NCBI GenBank assembly: GCA_029258835.1 | Contig: JAPDJY010000035.1 | Span: 1-64,000 of the forward strand | DNA from: Thermoproteota archaeon | Lineage (GTDB): Archaea > Asgardarchaeota > Jordiarchaeia > Jordiarchaeales > Freyrarchaeaceae | Length of the DNA stretch: 64,000 bases | Reading direction: 5' to 3' | Position numbers and translations under genes: made by a program | Shown: positions 31,001-41,294 of the stretch, one piece after another | Position numbering within the stretch: the first letter of the stretch is position 1 | Layout of the letters: each line of letters begins with the position of its first letter | Notes under the pieces: model-generated | Seen by the model: only the letters and a program-made list of their open reading frames with translations | Database searches by the model: none | What the model was told of the DNA's origin: nothing

Positions 31001-32311
31001 TTAAAGAGTAATTGTTTCTCCGTTGCGAGGCGCGTACGCCTCAACTTTTCGGAGGGATTCTATCCGTTCACAGAAATTCAAGACTTTTTTCTCTTCTCCA
31101 TGAACACAGAAAACTCTTTCGAGGTTCTTGAAGAAGCTGAGGAAACGCAGTAATCCAGGATAGTCTGCGTGAGCGCTGAAATCGAAAAACTTAACTTGTG
31201 CTTCAACGCGGAGACTTTCACCTTCAAGCTGTATTTCACGCTGACCATCGTAAAGAAGCCGGCCTCTCGTACCTGGAACTTGGTATCCTGTTAAGCAAAT
31301 TAGATTCTTTGGGTCGGCACCAAAAATTTTAAGGTAGTAGAGAATAGGACCCCCCTCAAGCATTCCTGAAGTGCTAATGATGATCATAGGCTCTTCAGCC
31401 TTTAACACGTCTTTTCTGGATTCAACTTCGATGAAAAGGTTTGATTCTAAGGGGTTTTGTTTAGTGTAGCGGATCTGCCGTTTAATGGGGTCGCTTAAGT
31501 CAAACCAGTACATCCGGTAAATTACGTTCACCTTCCGTATCATCCCATCTATGAATATTGGAACCCTCGGTATGATGCCGCTTCTAACATATGCTTCAAG
31601 ACATAACATCACCTCTTGTGCTCTTCCCACAGCGAATACAGGGATCAATACTACCCCACCGTTAGTTAGGGTCTCAGCTACAGCAGCCGCGAAATCTCGT
31701 TCAATTTTCTGGAGGCTTGGATGCTGGTCAGAAGGAGAGGAATACGTTGACTCTATTATTATTGTATCAGCGTCGTTCATTGAAACATCCACCATCGTCT
31801 GGGTTCTTGTATTCCGGGCGCATATGTCCCCGGTGTAGAGGATCACATGATCACCTATTTTGAGGCGGACCATCGCACTTCCAAGAATGTGACCTGCTCT
31901 AAGGAGGGTTGCTTCGATTTCTCCTCCGAGATTTATGGGCTGCTTGTAGAGGACGTCTACTGAATGTTTTCTGACATTCATTATTTCTGTGAAAGTGTAA
32001 GGGGAGGTATCCTTCTGAAGTTTAACGTAGTCTATGTTTAAGGTTTCTGAAAGATCTTGTGTGGGGGGAGTACCTATTAATGGGACATGGTATTTTGAAA
32101 CTATGCTTGGAGCGAAGCCGGCATGATCTAGATGTGCATGTGTTAGTATGAGGGCGCTTGGAGGGTTAGGAGGGTCAAGCGGAAACATGCTATCATTACC
32201 GCTCAGAGAAACGCCTGCATCCAGCATTATACCTCTGTCACCATACTCAACGAAAAGGCAGGATCGTCCAACCTGTCGTGCCCCGCCTAAGAAAGACAAT
32301 TTCGTTTTCAA
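31001..32311 (-). CDS. MBL-fold beta-CASP ribonuclease (aCPSF-like)
   Basis: THAHLDH, AGHILGS, YTGD, IESTY, PVFAVGRAQE, FSAHAD, VHGE. Confidence 0.92.
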   Translation of the reverse strand: MKTKLSFLGGARQVGRSCLFVEYGDRGIMLDAGVSLSGNDSMFPLDPPNPPSALILTHAHLDHAGFAPSIVSKYHVPLIGTPPTQDLSETLNIDYVKLQKDTSPYTFTEIMNVRKHSVDVLYKQPINLGGEIEATLLRAGHILGSAMVRLKIGDHVILYTGDICARNTRTQTMVDVSMNDADTIIIESTYSSPSDQHPSLQKIERDFAAAVAETLTNGGVVLIPVFAVGRAQEVMLCLEAYVRSGIIPRVPIFIDGMIRKVNVIYRMYWFDLSDPIKRQIRYTKQNPLESNLFIEVESRKDVLKAEEPMIIISTSGMLEGGPILYYLKIFGADPKNLICLTGYQVPGTRGRLLYDGQREIQLEGESLRVEAQVKFFDFSAHADYPGLLRFLSFFKNLERVFCVHGEEKKVLNFCERIESLRKVEAYAPRNGETITL

Positions 32312-32323
32312 CGAGACACCCAG

Positions 32324-33250
32324 CTAGGTTATTACTTCACAACCGTCATCGGAAACTATCACTGTTTCTTCTGCTTGGGCAACGTAGCTTCCTTTCCTAT
32401 CGGAAAGCACCTTGTACTGGCGAAGAATTCCTTTAGACGCAAGCTCTCTTAAAGCGAGGCGCAGCCTACCTCTTGAGAACTGCTTAGCCAACCACCTTTC
32501 CGCAAATGGCAAAGTTTTATACTCGCCCTCAACGAACCTAACTATTCGGCGGGCTTCTCTGAGTCTGATAGGAGCTAAAACAGGCTGAATGCTGAAAATA
32601 TATGCGTATGGCGCTTCACTAACGCTTCCAGATCCCGTCGAAGCAAACGTCTCGACAGCGTAAACTTCTCCTTCCTCGATCTTTGCTCCATGAGGGAGGG
32701 ATATATTTGGGATCACTTTGCCCCCGTGAAGCACGTACTGGCTTAGTAAATGTCCTGAAAGTTCGCGGACAGGCCGGAAACCATACTCTTTTATTATTTT
32801 TTCGATCTCTCCGCCGACGGTGTTAGTTTCAACTCCGGGGGCTATTAGTTTGAGGGCAGATTTTAATGCTTCATCCGCGGCTTCCTTGAGAGAAAGAAGG
32901 TCAGGGTTAAAGCAGAAGGTCACGGCGGTATCAGCGATGTAACCGTCAATGTGTGCTCCAAAGTCCACCTTAACTACGTCTCCATCCTTAATAGTAAGAG
33001 TGTCGCCTACCGGGGAAGTGTAGTGTGCCGCAACATTGTTGATCGAGATGTTGCATGGGAAAGCTGGCTTAGCGCCTCTCTCAATAATTGCAGCTTCCAC
33101 CTTCTCACATATATCGATACATCTAACTCCTGGTTTAACAAGATCACCGAGTAACTGTTTAATTTCCTGCAGTACTTTTCCAGCTTCCCTATGTTTTTCC
33201 AATATCTCTAAGGTGTTTTGAAATGTTTCCTCGTGCTTATCGTCACTCAA
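32324..33250 (-). CDS. map: methionine aminopeptidase type II
   Basis: AFPCNIS, AAHYT, KVDFGAHIDGYIADTA, LSGH, AVETF. Confidence 0.96.
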   Translation of the reverse strand: MSDDKHEETFQNTLEILEKHREAGKVLQEIKQLLGDLVKPGVRCIDICEKVEAAIIERGAKPAFPCNISINNVAAHYTSPVGDTLTIKDGDVVKVDFGAHIDGYIADTAVTFCFNPDLLSLKEAADEALKSALKLIAPGVETNTVGGEIEKIIKEYGFRPVRELSGHLLSQYVLHGGKVIPNISLPHGAKIEEGEVYAVETFASTGSGSVSEAPYAYIFSIQPVLAPIRLREARRIVRFVEGEYKTLPFAERWLAKQFSRGRLRLALRELASKGILRQYKVLSDRKGSYVAQAEETVIVSDDGCEVIT

Positions 33251-33606
33251 GTTTCCGCCTCCACCCTTTTTTAAGAAGAGGCATGCACGCTCGTTAACAA
33301 AGCCAACTACCAGTAATTATTTTTGAAATAATATAAAGGAACCGCGACAAGAAGGGAGCGATCGAAAAGGACTGGCCAATATAAACATAGAAGAAAAGAA
33401 AATATAAAAGGATTTATTCTTTTTCTTATTAGCTCTATTTTTCTCTCTCCTTGGAAACTTTAACGATTGTGTAGCTTGAACAAATAGTATCCCGGAAAAC
33501 ATGTATAATAACCTTTTTAAGGTTTAAATTTAAACAAAATGAACTGGAAATGAGGAAAAGAATCATATTTATCTTTTAACCAGTTCCTAGTGGAAGGGTG
33601 AAATAT

Positions 33607-33978
33607 TTGACGAAAATTGATGAAATTTTAGAGTTACTTCGTAACATGGAAGCATCCACGCCTGGTATCGAGGCGAGTGCGGTAGTAAGCACTGAGGGAC
33701 TTCCAATCGCATCGGCGATGCCACAAGAAGTTGATGATGCTGTTGTGGCGGCGATGGCATCAGCGATCCTCAGCGTTTCAGAGAGAGTTAGCACTGAGCT
33801 CGTCAGAGGCAAACTGCAGCAAGTTTTGGTTCAAGGAGATTTAGGATACGTGATAATTAAGGGTGCTGGAGAAAACGCGTTGATTACCGTCCTTGCAAGA
33901 AATGATGCTAACCTAGGATTGATACTTATGGTCCTAAAGAAAATCTCGGAGGAAATTAAGAGGCTACTTGAAGAATAA
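33607..33978 (+). CDS. roadblock/LC7 domain protein
   Basis: IEASAVVSTEGLPIAS, VAAMASAILS, LGLIL; likely TTG start at 33607. Confidence 0.92.
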   Translation: MTKIDEILELLRNMEASTPGIEASAVVSTEGLPIASAMPQEVDDAVVAAMASAILSVSERVSTELVRGKLQQVLVQGDLGYVIIKGAGENALITVLARNDANLGLILMVLKKISEEIKRLLEE

Positions 33979-34018
33979 GTTAATCGAGGGTAAGGGGTCT
34001 CTTTAAGTTATTTTTAAT

Positions 34019-34076
34019 GGCTCAGACCGCCTGTCGTTCTTCATCCTCATGTCAGATGTTTAGGGTCTTCATCGCC
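34019..34076 (-). ncRNA. box C/D guide sRNA
   Basis: GCGAUGA (C), guide, CUGA (D'), AGGAUGA (C'), guide, CUGA (D); terminal GGC/GCC stem; intergenic. Confidence 0.75.
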
Positions 34077-34119
34077 AAGAAATGATTAACTGAATAGAAG
34101 AAAATAAAATGTTCGGTTT

Positions 34120-34731
34120 TTAAACGTTCTTTTCCAAGAAGGAAGCAACTACTTTCCTTAGTTTCTCTTGAACTTCCTTTAAGGGTAGTGATGAATCTAT
34201 TATGAGGTATCCTTTTTCCTCAGCTCTTTTAAGGTAGTTTTTTCGGACCAACGCAAGAAACTCCTGTTCCTCATATTTTTCTCTTTTCTTCTCTTTGATC
34301 CTTTGAAGGGCGATTCTTACATCCACATCTAGCAGAACCGTTAAGTCTGGTTTAGGAACCCACTTGTTAACTGTTTCAATCCATTCCATATTGAGTCCTT
34401 CAGCCGCTTGGTAGCAAATGGATGATTCAGTGTAACGGTCTAGAATGATGATAGCACCATTTTTGATGAAGGGCTTTAGTTTTTCGAAGTGATCTACACG
34501 GTCAGCTGCAAAGAGGAGCGTCATTACTGCTGGATGAGAAGCTTTTTCAGCTAGTTTTGTCCGTATTAGTTTTCCTATGGAGCTTTCGGTGGGTTCACTT
34601 GTAACTATAACTTTGTATCCCTTCCCTTTTAACCACTCTGCTAGAAGTAGAGCATGGGTTGTTTTCCCAGCGCCATCTATGCCCTCTAAGGCGATTAACA
34701 CTCCTCGCTTCCTCATGGTCAAAGAGTGCAC
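34120..34731 (-). CDS. tmk: thymidylate kinase
   Basis: IALEGIDGAGKTT, LLFAADR, ILDRY, PDLTVLLDV. Confidence 0.96.
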   Translation of the reverse strand: MHSLTMRKRGVLIALEGIDGAGKTTHALLLAEWLKGKGYKVIVTSEPTESSIGKLIRTKLAEKASHPAVMTLLFAADRVDHFEKLKPFIKNGAIIILDRYTESSICYQAAEGLNMEWIETVNKWVPKPDLTVLLDVDVRIALQRIKEKKREKYEEQEFLALVRKNYLKRAEEKGYLIIDSSLPLKEVQEKLRKVVASFLEKNV

Positions 34732-34815
34732 CCAAGGAGTTAACTATGGTAATAGATAAGTTTTTTACTGTTTTTCCTCTTCCTCAATGGAGCAATAATG
34801 GAGAAAGGGTGAAGG

Positions 34816-35577
34816 TTGGTGCCTGTTAACTTAGAAGTTGATAGGTTCAGTATATCTGAAGTTAGAGAGAGGGGGATTACTAAAAAAGTGGAAAATGCAC
34901 TGTGCATTCAGGGTATGCCGGGAATAGCAAACGTCGGTAAGACGGTGATAAACGTTATGCTTAAGCAAAACGATGCAGAAAGGATCTCTCAAATATATTT
35001 TTCAGATTTCCCATCGCACGTATCCGTCGATGAAAGCGGAAAGGTTAACGCGTTAAAAAGCGAGATATATTTTTACTATGATGAAGCCTTGAGAAGGGAT
35101 ATTTTCCTTCTGACAGGCGACGCACAGCCCACTTCAAACGTAGGCATGAACGTTCTTTCAAAATATATCGCGAAAACGCTGCATGAAATGAATGTTAAAA
35201 TTATTATAGCATTGGGTGCAATGCCTGTCGAAAAGCTAAACGATAAGCCACGGATTTTCGTAACTGCAACCAGTAACACGTTACTAAAGGAATATGGCAA
35301 ACTGCCAAACGTGGAGGTTCTTAGGAGTGGAATCATAATAGGAATGAATGGTATAGTCCCATGCCTCGCCAGCAATCTTTTTAACATTGATGGTATGATA
35401 CTCCTTTCGGAAACCCTAAGTGTTCTCCAAAAAGACCTTAGAGCTTCTCAAGCACTGGCACGGATCTTAAAGGAAAAGTTGAACCTTAAAATAGATTTAA
35501 GTGCTTTTAGTGGGGGTACAGGGGAGGAAGGGAAAAAGATAGAGAAAGGTACTGGACAGCCAAAATACATAAGCTAA
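34816..35577 (+). CDS. proteasome assembly chaperone PAC2 family protein
   Basis: GMPGIANVGK, LTGDAQP, IIALGA, IIGMNG. Confidence 0.85.
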   Translation: MVPVNLEVDRFSISEVRERGITKKVENALCIQGMPGIANVGKTVINVMLKQNDAERISQIYFSDFPSHVSVDESGKVNALKSEIYFYYDEALRRDIFLLTGDAQPTSNVGMNVLSKYIAKTLHEMNVKIIIALGAMPVEKLNDKPRIFVTATSNTLLKEYGKLPNVEVLRSGIIIGMNGIVPCLASNLFNIDGMILLSETLSVLQKDLRASQALARILKEKLNLKIDLSAFSGGTGEEGKKIEKGTGQPKYIS

Positions 35578-35658
35578 ATAGGGAGTGATGCATGAAGAGG
35601 CCGACTGAAAAAATTAAAGAGAAAATTTAACATCATGGGAACGAAGTTTCATATTGAA

Positions 35659-37104
35659 TTATTCTCTTTTTTCGAAAATATGCTCTCCGACTAGGGATCC
35701 AGCACATATTGAGTCACCTAGCCCAACCGTTCCCTTTAGCTTGGATGCTAACTTTGACGGGATAAACACTAGGTTGGGCTTACCTTCCACGAAGCCGCGC
35801 TTCAGAAGTAGTTCCCCGTTGACGCCTTCCTCGGATTCTAGGAAGACAGCTAGTTTCTGGTGTTCCTCCAGTCCTTTACCACTTAATTTAAGGGCTTCTG
35901 ACTTCATTAGACGCTCTGCTTCTTCAATTGTAGGTGTGCTACCTGTAACGGCTAAGGTAGCTGCTAGGCTAGCACCTAAGAGGAGGGAGAGCAATTCACT
36001 CCTAGGAGAAACCTTGTAGTTATCATCAAGTAGACTCATCGAAAACTCCCTAGTATGAATGAAAACCCGTTTTAATGAGTACTTGCTCATGAGGGAGCGG
36101 GCCTTAAGATATATTTCTGGAGCAGAATAGGATGAAGAGTTCCAGTCTACACTACGAGATGGAAATGAAAATTGTAGTAGTTCTGACTCATTGAGTCCTA
36201 CCGAGTCGACGTGTGGAAAAAGCAAGTTAAGAATGCCCTTTCTAACCTTAACGCTGGCAGTAAAGCCCATTTCAGCATGTACGGTCAATTCGGGATTAAC
36301 GGATTTCCAATCCTTAATTAAGGAGACAGTCCTCTCAATGTGCTCTTTATAAGTTGTACCGTCCGAGTAAACTTCTTGAAGAAGGTGGTATCCGGCGACT
36401 ACGCATGCTGACGCTTCCTCCACTTTAAGCATACTACCCTCCCAGAAGCCAGGCGCGATTTCAAGACGAGTGTTTATGTCGTCAAACGTGGCGATAAAAC
36501 GGTTTTCTCTAGGAGCTTTCACCTCTAACTCTCCTAGTTTGACCCTGAAGCCCTCTCCAAATTCGAATATCCAGTGGATTAAAGGCTCATCTCTACTTCT
36601 CACGGCTTTGCTGGGAGGTTTAAAGCGTACTTCGCCGTTTGCAAGGGTAGGTATCAGCACGTTCTTATCATGAAAGAGGTCGGCTTGCTGTTGGGGGAGA
36701 GAGGGGGCATTCGGTATAGCCAAATGACCCATTCCTGCTATTATGTTAGACATGTTACCGCCTTGACCGCCCATACGAGTAGAATCCCATCCTAATAGCT
36801 CCTTGAGACGGTGAGAAATGGCGGCGTCGCGTATAATCCACTCTTCTCCTAAGCCGTTTCTCACGCAAAGGAGAAAGCCTGCTAGGAAATCTTCTAGAGA
36901 ATTGATTTCCATTGGCGGTGACTCGATTTTCCGTATAACCTCACTTGGGGAAGCAAAGTTGAAAACACGTTTAACGTCACCTTCATTAACGTGCTTCACA
37001 GCATCTATGTTAACGTTAAAACCTACTATGAAGGTTAAGCGTTGCCTTACGCGTTTAGCGGTTTTTAAGGCGTAACTATATGCTTTACTCCACATCCTTT
37101 CCAT
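35659..37104 (-). CDS. ADP-dependent glucokinase/phosphofructokinase
   Basis: GFNVNIDAV, RMGGQGGNM, IHWIFEF, APRENRFI, SVGLNESEL, TVGLGDSI. Confidence 0.93.
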   Translation of the reverse strand: MERMWSKAYSYALKTAKRVRQRLTFIVGFNVNIDAVKHVNEGDVKRVFNFASPSEVIRKIESPPMEINSLEDFLAGFLLCVRNGLGEEWIIRDAAISHRLKELLGWDSTRMGGQGGNMSNIIAGMGHLAIPNAPSLPQQQADLFHDKNVLIPTLANGEVRFKPPSKAVRSRDEPLIHWIFEFGEGFRVKLGELEVKAPRENRFIATFDDINTRLEIAPGFWEGSMLKVEEASACVVAGYHLLQEVYSDGTTYKEHIERTVSLIKDWKSVNPELTVHAEMGFTASVKVRKGILNLLFPHVDSVGLNESELLQFSFPSRSVDWNSSSYSAPEIYLKARSLMSKYSLKRVFIHTREFSMSLLDDNYKVSPRSELLSLLLGASLAATLAVTGSTPTIEEAERLMKSEALKLSGKGLEEHQKLAVFLESEEGVNGELLLKRGFVEGKPNLVFIPSKLASKLKGTVGLGDSICAGSLVGEHIFEKRE

Positions 37105-37122
37105 GGGAACCCTCCTATAAGG

Positions 37123-38271
37123 CTAGTAATCGGCGAGTAGGTGTATGTTACCTATCCTAACATTGGTAAGCCCTTCCCCTCTAGCAGCGTCGGCACATTC
37201 CAATGCAAGCTTACGGCTCGTCGTAGGTAAGTCGCGCATAACGTAGTGTGGATGAAAAGCCAGCAGAGAGTAGGGTATATCCGGGTCTATGTCTGCTATG
37301 AAACTTGCTATTTGCCGAACTTCTTCGACGTCCACATAGCCAGGAACCAGTAACGTACTTGCAATCAAGAATGGAGGCTCAGGGGACTTGCGGATGAAGG
37401 GCTTTAACCTAGCAAAGTTTTCTAAGGTGCGTTTATTAGTTACACCGCAAAGGCCTATGTTAAGAGGTTCACTCCACGCTTTCAAGTCAAATTTTATGCA
37501 TCCTCCAGTTTTAAGAGCTAAGGAAGCCGCTTTCCTCAGGAGAGGCCAACTCATTGAACCATTAGTTTCCCAGCACACTCTCATAATTCCGTTCCATTCC
37601 TCCGCCCTCGCAACGGCTAATTCGCTGGATTTAATCGAGTGAGGCATTTGAACTGCGGGGTCTCCTCCAAAGTAACAGATGCAAGAAACACGGTCATTAC
37701 ATTTCTCAGCGAGCTCACGTGCACCCACGATTGGCCTAAGGCTTCTAGCATGCTCCCGGTAATGCCAGTTCTGGCAGAATAGGCAATCAAAGGAGCAAGC
37801 AGCATAGAAAACAGCCAAGTTAAAGTATCCGTACTCGGCTCCCATTCGGTACGCGTACCTTGGAAATCCTATGCCGGTGCATCCAGGACAAACCCATGCT
37901 GCAACACAGTTTGTAGGTAGAGGATCATAGTACCATTCTAAAAGTCCCTTAGAGGGGGTGCCTGCAAGATAAAACAGCCTCCCATCCCTATTCTCGACTA
38001 TGCCACAATATCCGCGTTCGCCCTCAGGGATCATACACTCGTTGACACAGAGCTTACATGGAACCCCACTTTTGTCTTTAGGAGGATAAGGAGGCAAGCC
38101 AAACCGCTTCCTACTTTCAGAGTGGACGGCCATTGCGATGGGTAAAGCGTCATCAGGTCTCTCCCTTAAGCATCTACCACACACGCCCAAGTTGCCAGAT
38201 ATCAAAACGCTTTTCCGTCCGCAAACACTACATCTAGACAGCGTAGTTTTCTTAAGGAATGAAATAATCAT
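37123..38271 (-). CDS. radical SAM protein (PFL-activase-like / AmmeMemoRadiSam-type)
   Basis: CSFDCLFCQNW, FGGDP, ETNG, IPYSLLAFHPHY; N-terminal Cys clusters. Confidence 0.85.
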   Translation of the reverse strand: MIISFLKKTTLSRCSVCGRKSVLISGNLGVCGRCLRERPDDALPIAMAVHSESRKRFGLPPYPPKDKSGVPCKLCVNECMIPEGERGYCGIVENRDGRLFYLAGTPSKGLLEWYYDPLPTNCVAAWVCPGCTGIGFPRYAYRMGAEYGYFNLAVFYAACSFDCLFCQNWHYREHARSLRPIVGARELAEKCNDRVSCICYFGGDPAVQMPHSIKSSELAVARAEEWNGIMRVCWETNGSMSWPLLRKAASLALKTGGCIKFDLKAWSEPLNIGLCGVTNKRTLENFARLKPFIRKSPEPPFLIASTLLVPGYVDVEEVRQIASFIADIDPDIPYSLLAFHPHYVMRDLPTTSRKLALECADAARGEGLTNVRIGNIHLLADY

Positions 38272-38367
38272 CCCTCCATTTCCCCTATGCCACCATCTTA
38301 AGCGAAAAAACATTCTTTAAATCAAGAAGTTTACAGGAGGAGTAATGAAAGATTCTAGGATGGACGC

Positions 38368-38883
38368 TTACATCGCATCCACCAATTTTTTACACATGAG
38401 GAAAGCGTCCTCTCCATCATGGTAATAACCTTTAAGTGTTTTAACTATAGTGAAGCCCATTAACGTATAAAGCTTTATAGCCGGGTCATTGGACACGCGA
38501 ACCTCTAAAATAACCTCCTCTGCACCGTATTCCCTCATTGCTTTAAGACCTCTCTCCATGAGCTTCTTTCCTATACCCATCCTTCGATATGCAGGGAGTA
38601 CAGCTATTGAAACAACATGTCCTTTCTTTAGAAGCTTAAAGGGTGAAGGGTTAAAAGAGGACATACCCTTCTCAATTCTATTCATCATGTAACCTACCAC
38701 TTCCCCGTTAACCTCAGCCACTATGAAAGCCTTAGGAAAACGCTCTAAAATATGCTGAAAGAAATAATACGGATAATTTTCAGGTAGACATATACGATTG
38801 ATTTCGACGACTTGTGTTAAGTCCTCATAGCGGGCTTCCCTAATAATAACAGCATATTTTTCCTGCAATTCCAGATCCTCCAA
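38368..38883 (-). CDS. N-terminal acetyltransferase (Ard1/RimI family)
   Basis: CLPENY, GHVVSIAV, RRMGIG, LEVRVSN, YYHDGEDA. Confidence 0.93.
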   Translation of the reverse strand: MEDLELQEKYAVIIREARYEDLTQVVEINRICLPENYPYYFFQHILERFPKAFIVAEVNGEVVGYMMNRIEKGMSSFNPSPFKLLKKGHVVSIAVLPAYRRMGIGKKLMERGLKAMREYGAEEVILEVRVSNDPAIKLYTLMGFTIVKTLKGYYHDGEDAFLMCKKLVDAM

Positions 38884-39235
38884 GAGGGCAGAGTTAGACT
38901 AAATATTTCAGTAAAATAACGGTCAAATATACCTTTCCGTACGATTTAAACGGGAAAACAAACGGAAATGAATTTCGGAGGTACCTTCCGCAAAACCACC
39001 AGAAAACGGCTAGAAACACCCAGTCCTTCTCAAACATTCTATGGACATTAAAAGAGCTACTTTAAAAGGAGGCGAATTGAGAAAATCGTCGAAAGAAGGG
39101 AGAAAAATTTGGAAAAGCTTAAAAAACTTAAGGTCATTATGAGGAAGCAGCTTATAAAAAAGAAGAGGAAAAGAAACCTTTTAAATAAAGAACAATAAAA
39201 TATTTAGGAGAAAATGCCAAGTTGAGGAGGGTAAC

Positions 39236-39394
39236 ATGTCCGAAGTCACGCCGACACGAGTTAAATGCCCTAAGTGCGGGAGTGTTGATGTGAAACAGGT
39301 TGAAGATAAAAGCAGAGTGCTTAGCTATGTTGGAGGACAACCCATTTATAAGAAAATATGGAAATGCAAAAAGTGCGGGGAAACATGGGAGTAG
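39236..39394 (+). CDS. small Zn-ribbon protein (52 aa)
   Basis: GGAGGG RBS; CPKCG..EDKSRVLSY..PIYKKIWKCKKCGETW; below ORF-track cutoff. Confidence 0.8.
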   Translation: MSEVTPTRVKCPKCGSVDVKQVEDKSRVLSYVGGQPIYKKIWKCKKCGETWE

Positions 39395-39415
39395 CTTCTC
39401 CGAAAAACAATTTAG

Positions 39416-40231
39416 GTGGTCAGGCTGGCGGAAAAAGACAAGACGGGTGTTACAACCCAGGTTTTTTTTACTTTATCTATCCTTCCAGCCGGTATAGTTA
39501 CATGGTACATTTATTACTTCGTTAGCCCCTACATAGCATACTGGCTTGATCCATCTTACGTGATATGGGATCTTTTTAGGTTGTGGATGAACCCGTTAGC
39601 TTGGGGTATGTTCTGGTTTTCGAACTGGTTTCCTGGAGGAGACTTAGGAGTATATATAGCGGTGTTCCTCGTTAGCATATTCGGAAACATTTCGATTATA
39701 TTTCCTGTTCCATATGTTATCTTCTTATGGTTCCTTGTGGTCTTTAGGGTGACTATTAATCCGTTTATTTTGGGTGTATCTGCTGGGGCTGGTGCAGCTA
39801 TAGGTGAAACCAGCGCTTGGATTCTGGGGAGGGGGGCGTCGGAAGTGTTGGAGGATACGCGCTACGGGGATAGGCTCAGACGTTATGGAGAACTTGTTGA
39901 GAGGGGATGGGGGGTTCCATTGGTTATCCTTTTTGCTGCAACGCCATTACCAGATGACGTGCTACTTTTAGCTTTAGGGATGGTGGAGTATTCGTACGTT
40001 AAGACGATCGTGAGTTGCTTCATAGGGAAAATTTTGATGTGTGTGATGATAACTTTTGCAGCCAGAACCCTTTCGAACATTAGGATTTTTGGGAAGACGA
40101 TTCTCGGATGGTACTCGGGGGAAGCCGGATTGGCGACCATGATTGCGAGCATAATACTTATGGTTTTGGTATTTATAGCCTTGGTTTTCGTGGATTGGGG
40201 GAAGATCTACAATAAATTAAGGAGGCGATGA
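39416..40231 (+). CDS. DedA/VTT family membrane protein
   Basis: IFPVPY, GAAIGETSAWILGRG, FAATPLPDD, FIGK. Confidence 0.85.
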   Translation: MVRLAEKDKTGVTTQVFFTLSILPAGIVTWYIYYFVSPYIAYWLDPSYVIWDLFRLWMNPLAWGMFWFSNWFPGGDLGVYIAVFLVSIFGNISIIFPVPYVIFLWFLVVFRVTINPFILGVSAGAGAAIGETSAWILGRGASEVLEDTRYGDRLRRYGELVERGWGVPLVILFAATPLPDDVLLLALGMVEYSYVKTIVSCFIGKILMCVMITFAARTLSNIRIFGKTILGWYSGEAGLATMIASIILMVLVFIALVFVDWGKIYNKLRRR

Positions 40232-40349
40232 TAGGCGGGAAGGAAGGGTAGCATTCAGAGAGGTGATGCCTGATAAGTAGGTAGAGAAGGATTTTTAAAG
40301 GGGGCTTCGTGTCTGGTATTCCATGAAGCGAGTATAGTGGTGATGTTCG

Positions 40350-40754
40350 ATGAAGAAAGCTAGAGAGGAATATGTCCATAAGCTAGTTATCAGTGATCCT
40401 GAGACTGGTAGAAGCGTTACTGTAGGGGTTGATGCTGCAAAGTTCAGAAGCTTGATTGATGTTAAAATAGGGGAGATAGTTAAGGGTGACCCGTTGGGCT
40501 TGGTCGGCTACGAACTCCAAGTTATGGGCGGCTCGGATAAGGATGGATTCCCTATGAGACCTGATATTGAGGGGCCTGTCCGTAAGAGGGTGCTGCTGAG
40601 TAAGGGTCCAGGTTTCAGGCCTAAGAGGAGGGGTGAGAGACGAAGAAAGCTGGTTAGAGGGAATACGATTTCAGAGGAAATATACCAAGTTAACATGAAA
40701 GTTGTCAAGAAGGGAGCTAAGGACATTTTTGAAGGAGCACCTGCTGAGGCTTAG
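40350..40754 (+). CDS. rps6e: 30S ribosomal protein S6e
   Basis: KLVISDP, GGSDKDGFPMR, GERRRKLVRG. Confidence 0.96.
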   Translation: MKKAREEYVHKLVISDPETGRSVTVGVDAAKFRSLIDVKIGEIVKGDPLGLVGYELQVMGGSDKDGFPMRPDIEGPVRKRVLLSKGPGFRPKRRGERRRKLVRGNTISEEIYQVNMKVVKKGAKDIFEGAPAEA

Positions 40755-40763
40755 AAGGGGTTT

Positions 40764-41255
40764 TTGAGCGTAATGCTTCTTTTCATTTGTGATGCTATGC
40801 TTGGTAGGGTTTGCCGATGGTTAAGGTTGCTCGGATACGAAGCGGACTATGAGCCAGACGAAAGCGATGATACCTTACTTATGAAGGCGGAAAAGCTTAA
40901 GGGCATACTTCTGACGAGAGACCAGCAGCTTTACATGAGAGCTAAAAGGGAGGGCGTTGAAGCGTTTTATGTGGAGGGAGACGACTTTTATAGTCAGCTT
41001 TCAAGCATCGTTTTAAAGTTTAAGTTGAGGCTGCAGGTGGACCCCTCAATCTCACACTGCCCTAAATGTGGCGGGAAGATAGTAAGCGTGGCAAAGGAAA
41101 GCGTGGCGGGGGTCGTACCTCGAACAACTTTAAAGAGGCATAACGAGTTTTGGGTCTGTGAAAAGTGTGGTAAAGTTTACTGGAAAGGAGGGATGTGGAA
41201 GTCGATGCTTAGAGTCGTTGAGAAAATTAAAGAGAGGAGTGGCGGAGGATACTAG
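40764..41255 (+). CDS. Mut7-C RNase domain protein (PIN + Zn ribbon)
   Basis: DAMLGRVCRWLRLLGY, LLTRD, CPKC, CEKCGKVYWKG. Confidence 0.9.
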   Translation: MSVMLLFICDAMLGRVCRWLRLLGYEADYEPDESDDTLLMKAEKLKGILLTRDQQLYMRAKREGVEAFYVEGDDFYSQLSSIVLKFKLRLQVDPSISHCPKCGGKIVSVAKESVAGVVPRTTLKRHNEFWVCEKCGKVYWKGGMWKSMLRVVEKIKERSGGGY

Positions 41256-41294
41256 GAAACATTTAAAGTTAAGTTATCAGAGATCTTTTCAAAA

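Noticed and set aside
33300-33600. AT-rich spacer with TTCCTAGTGGAA as a replication origin
   Set aside because: Single imperfect ORB-like match, no cdc6 and no obvious skew flip
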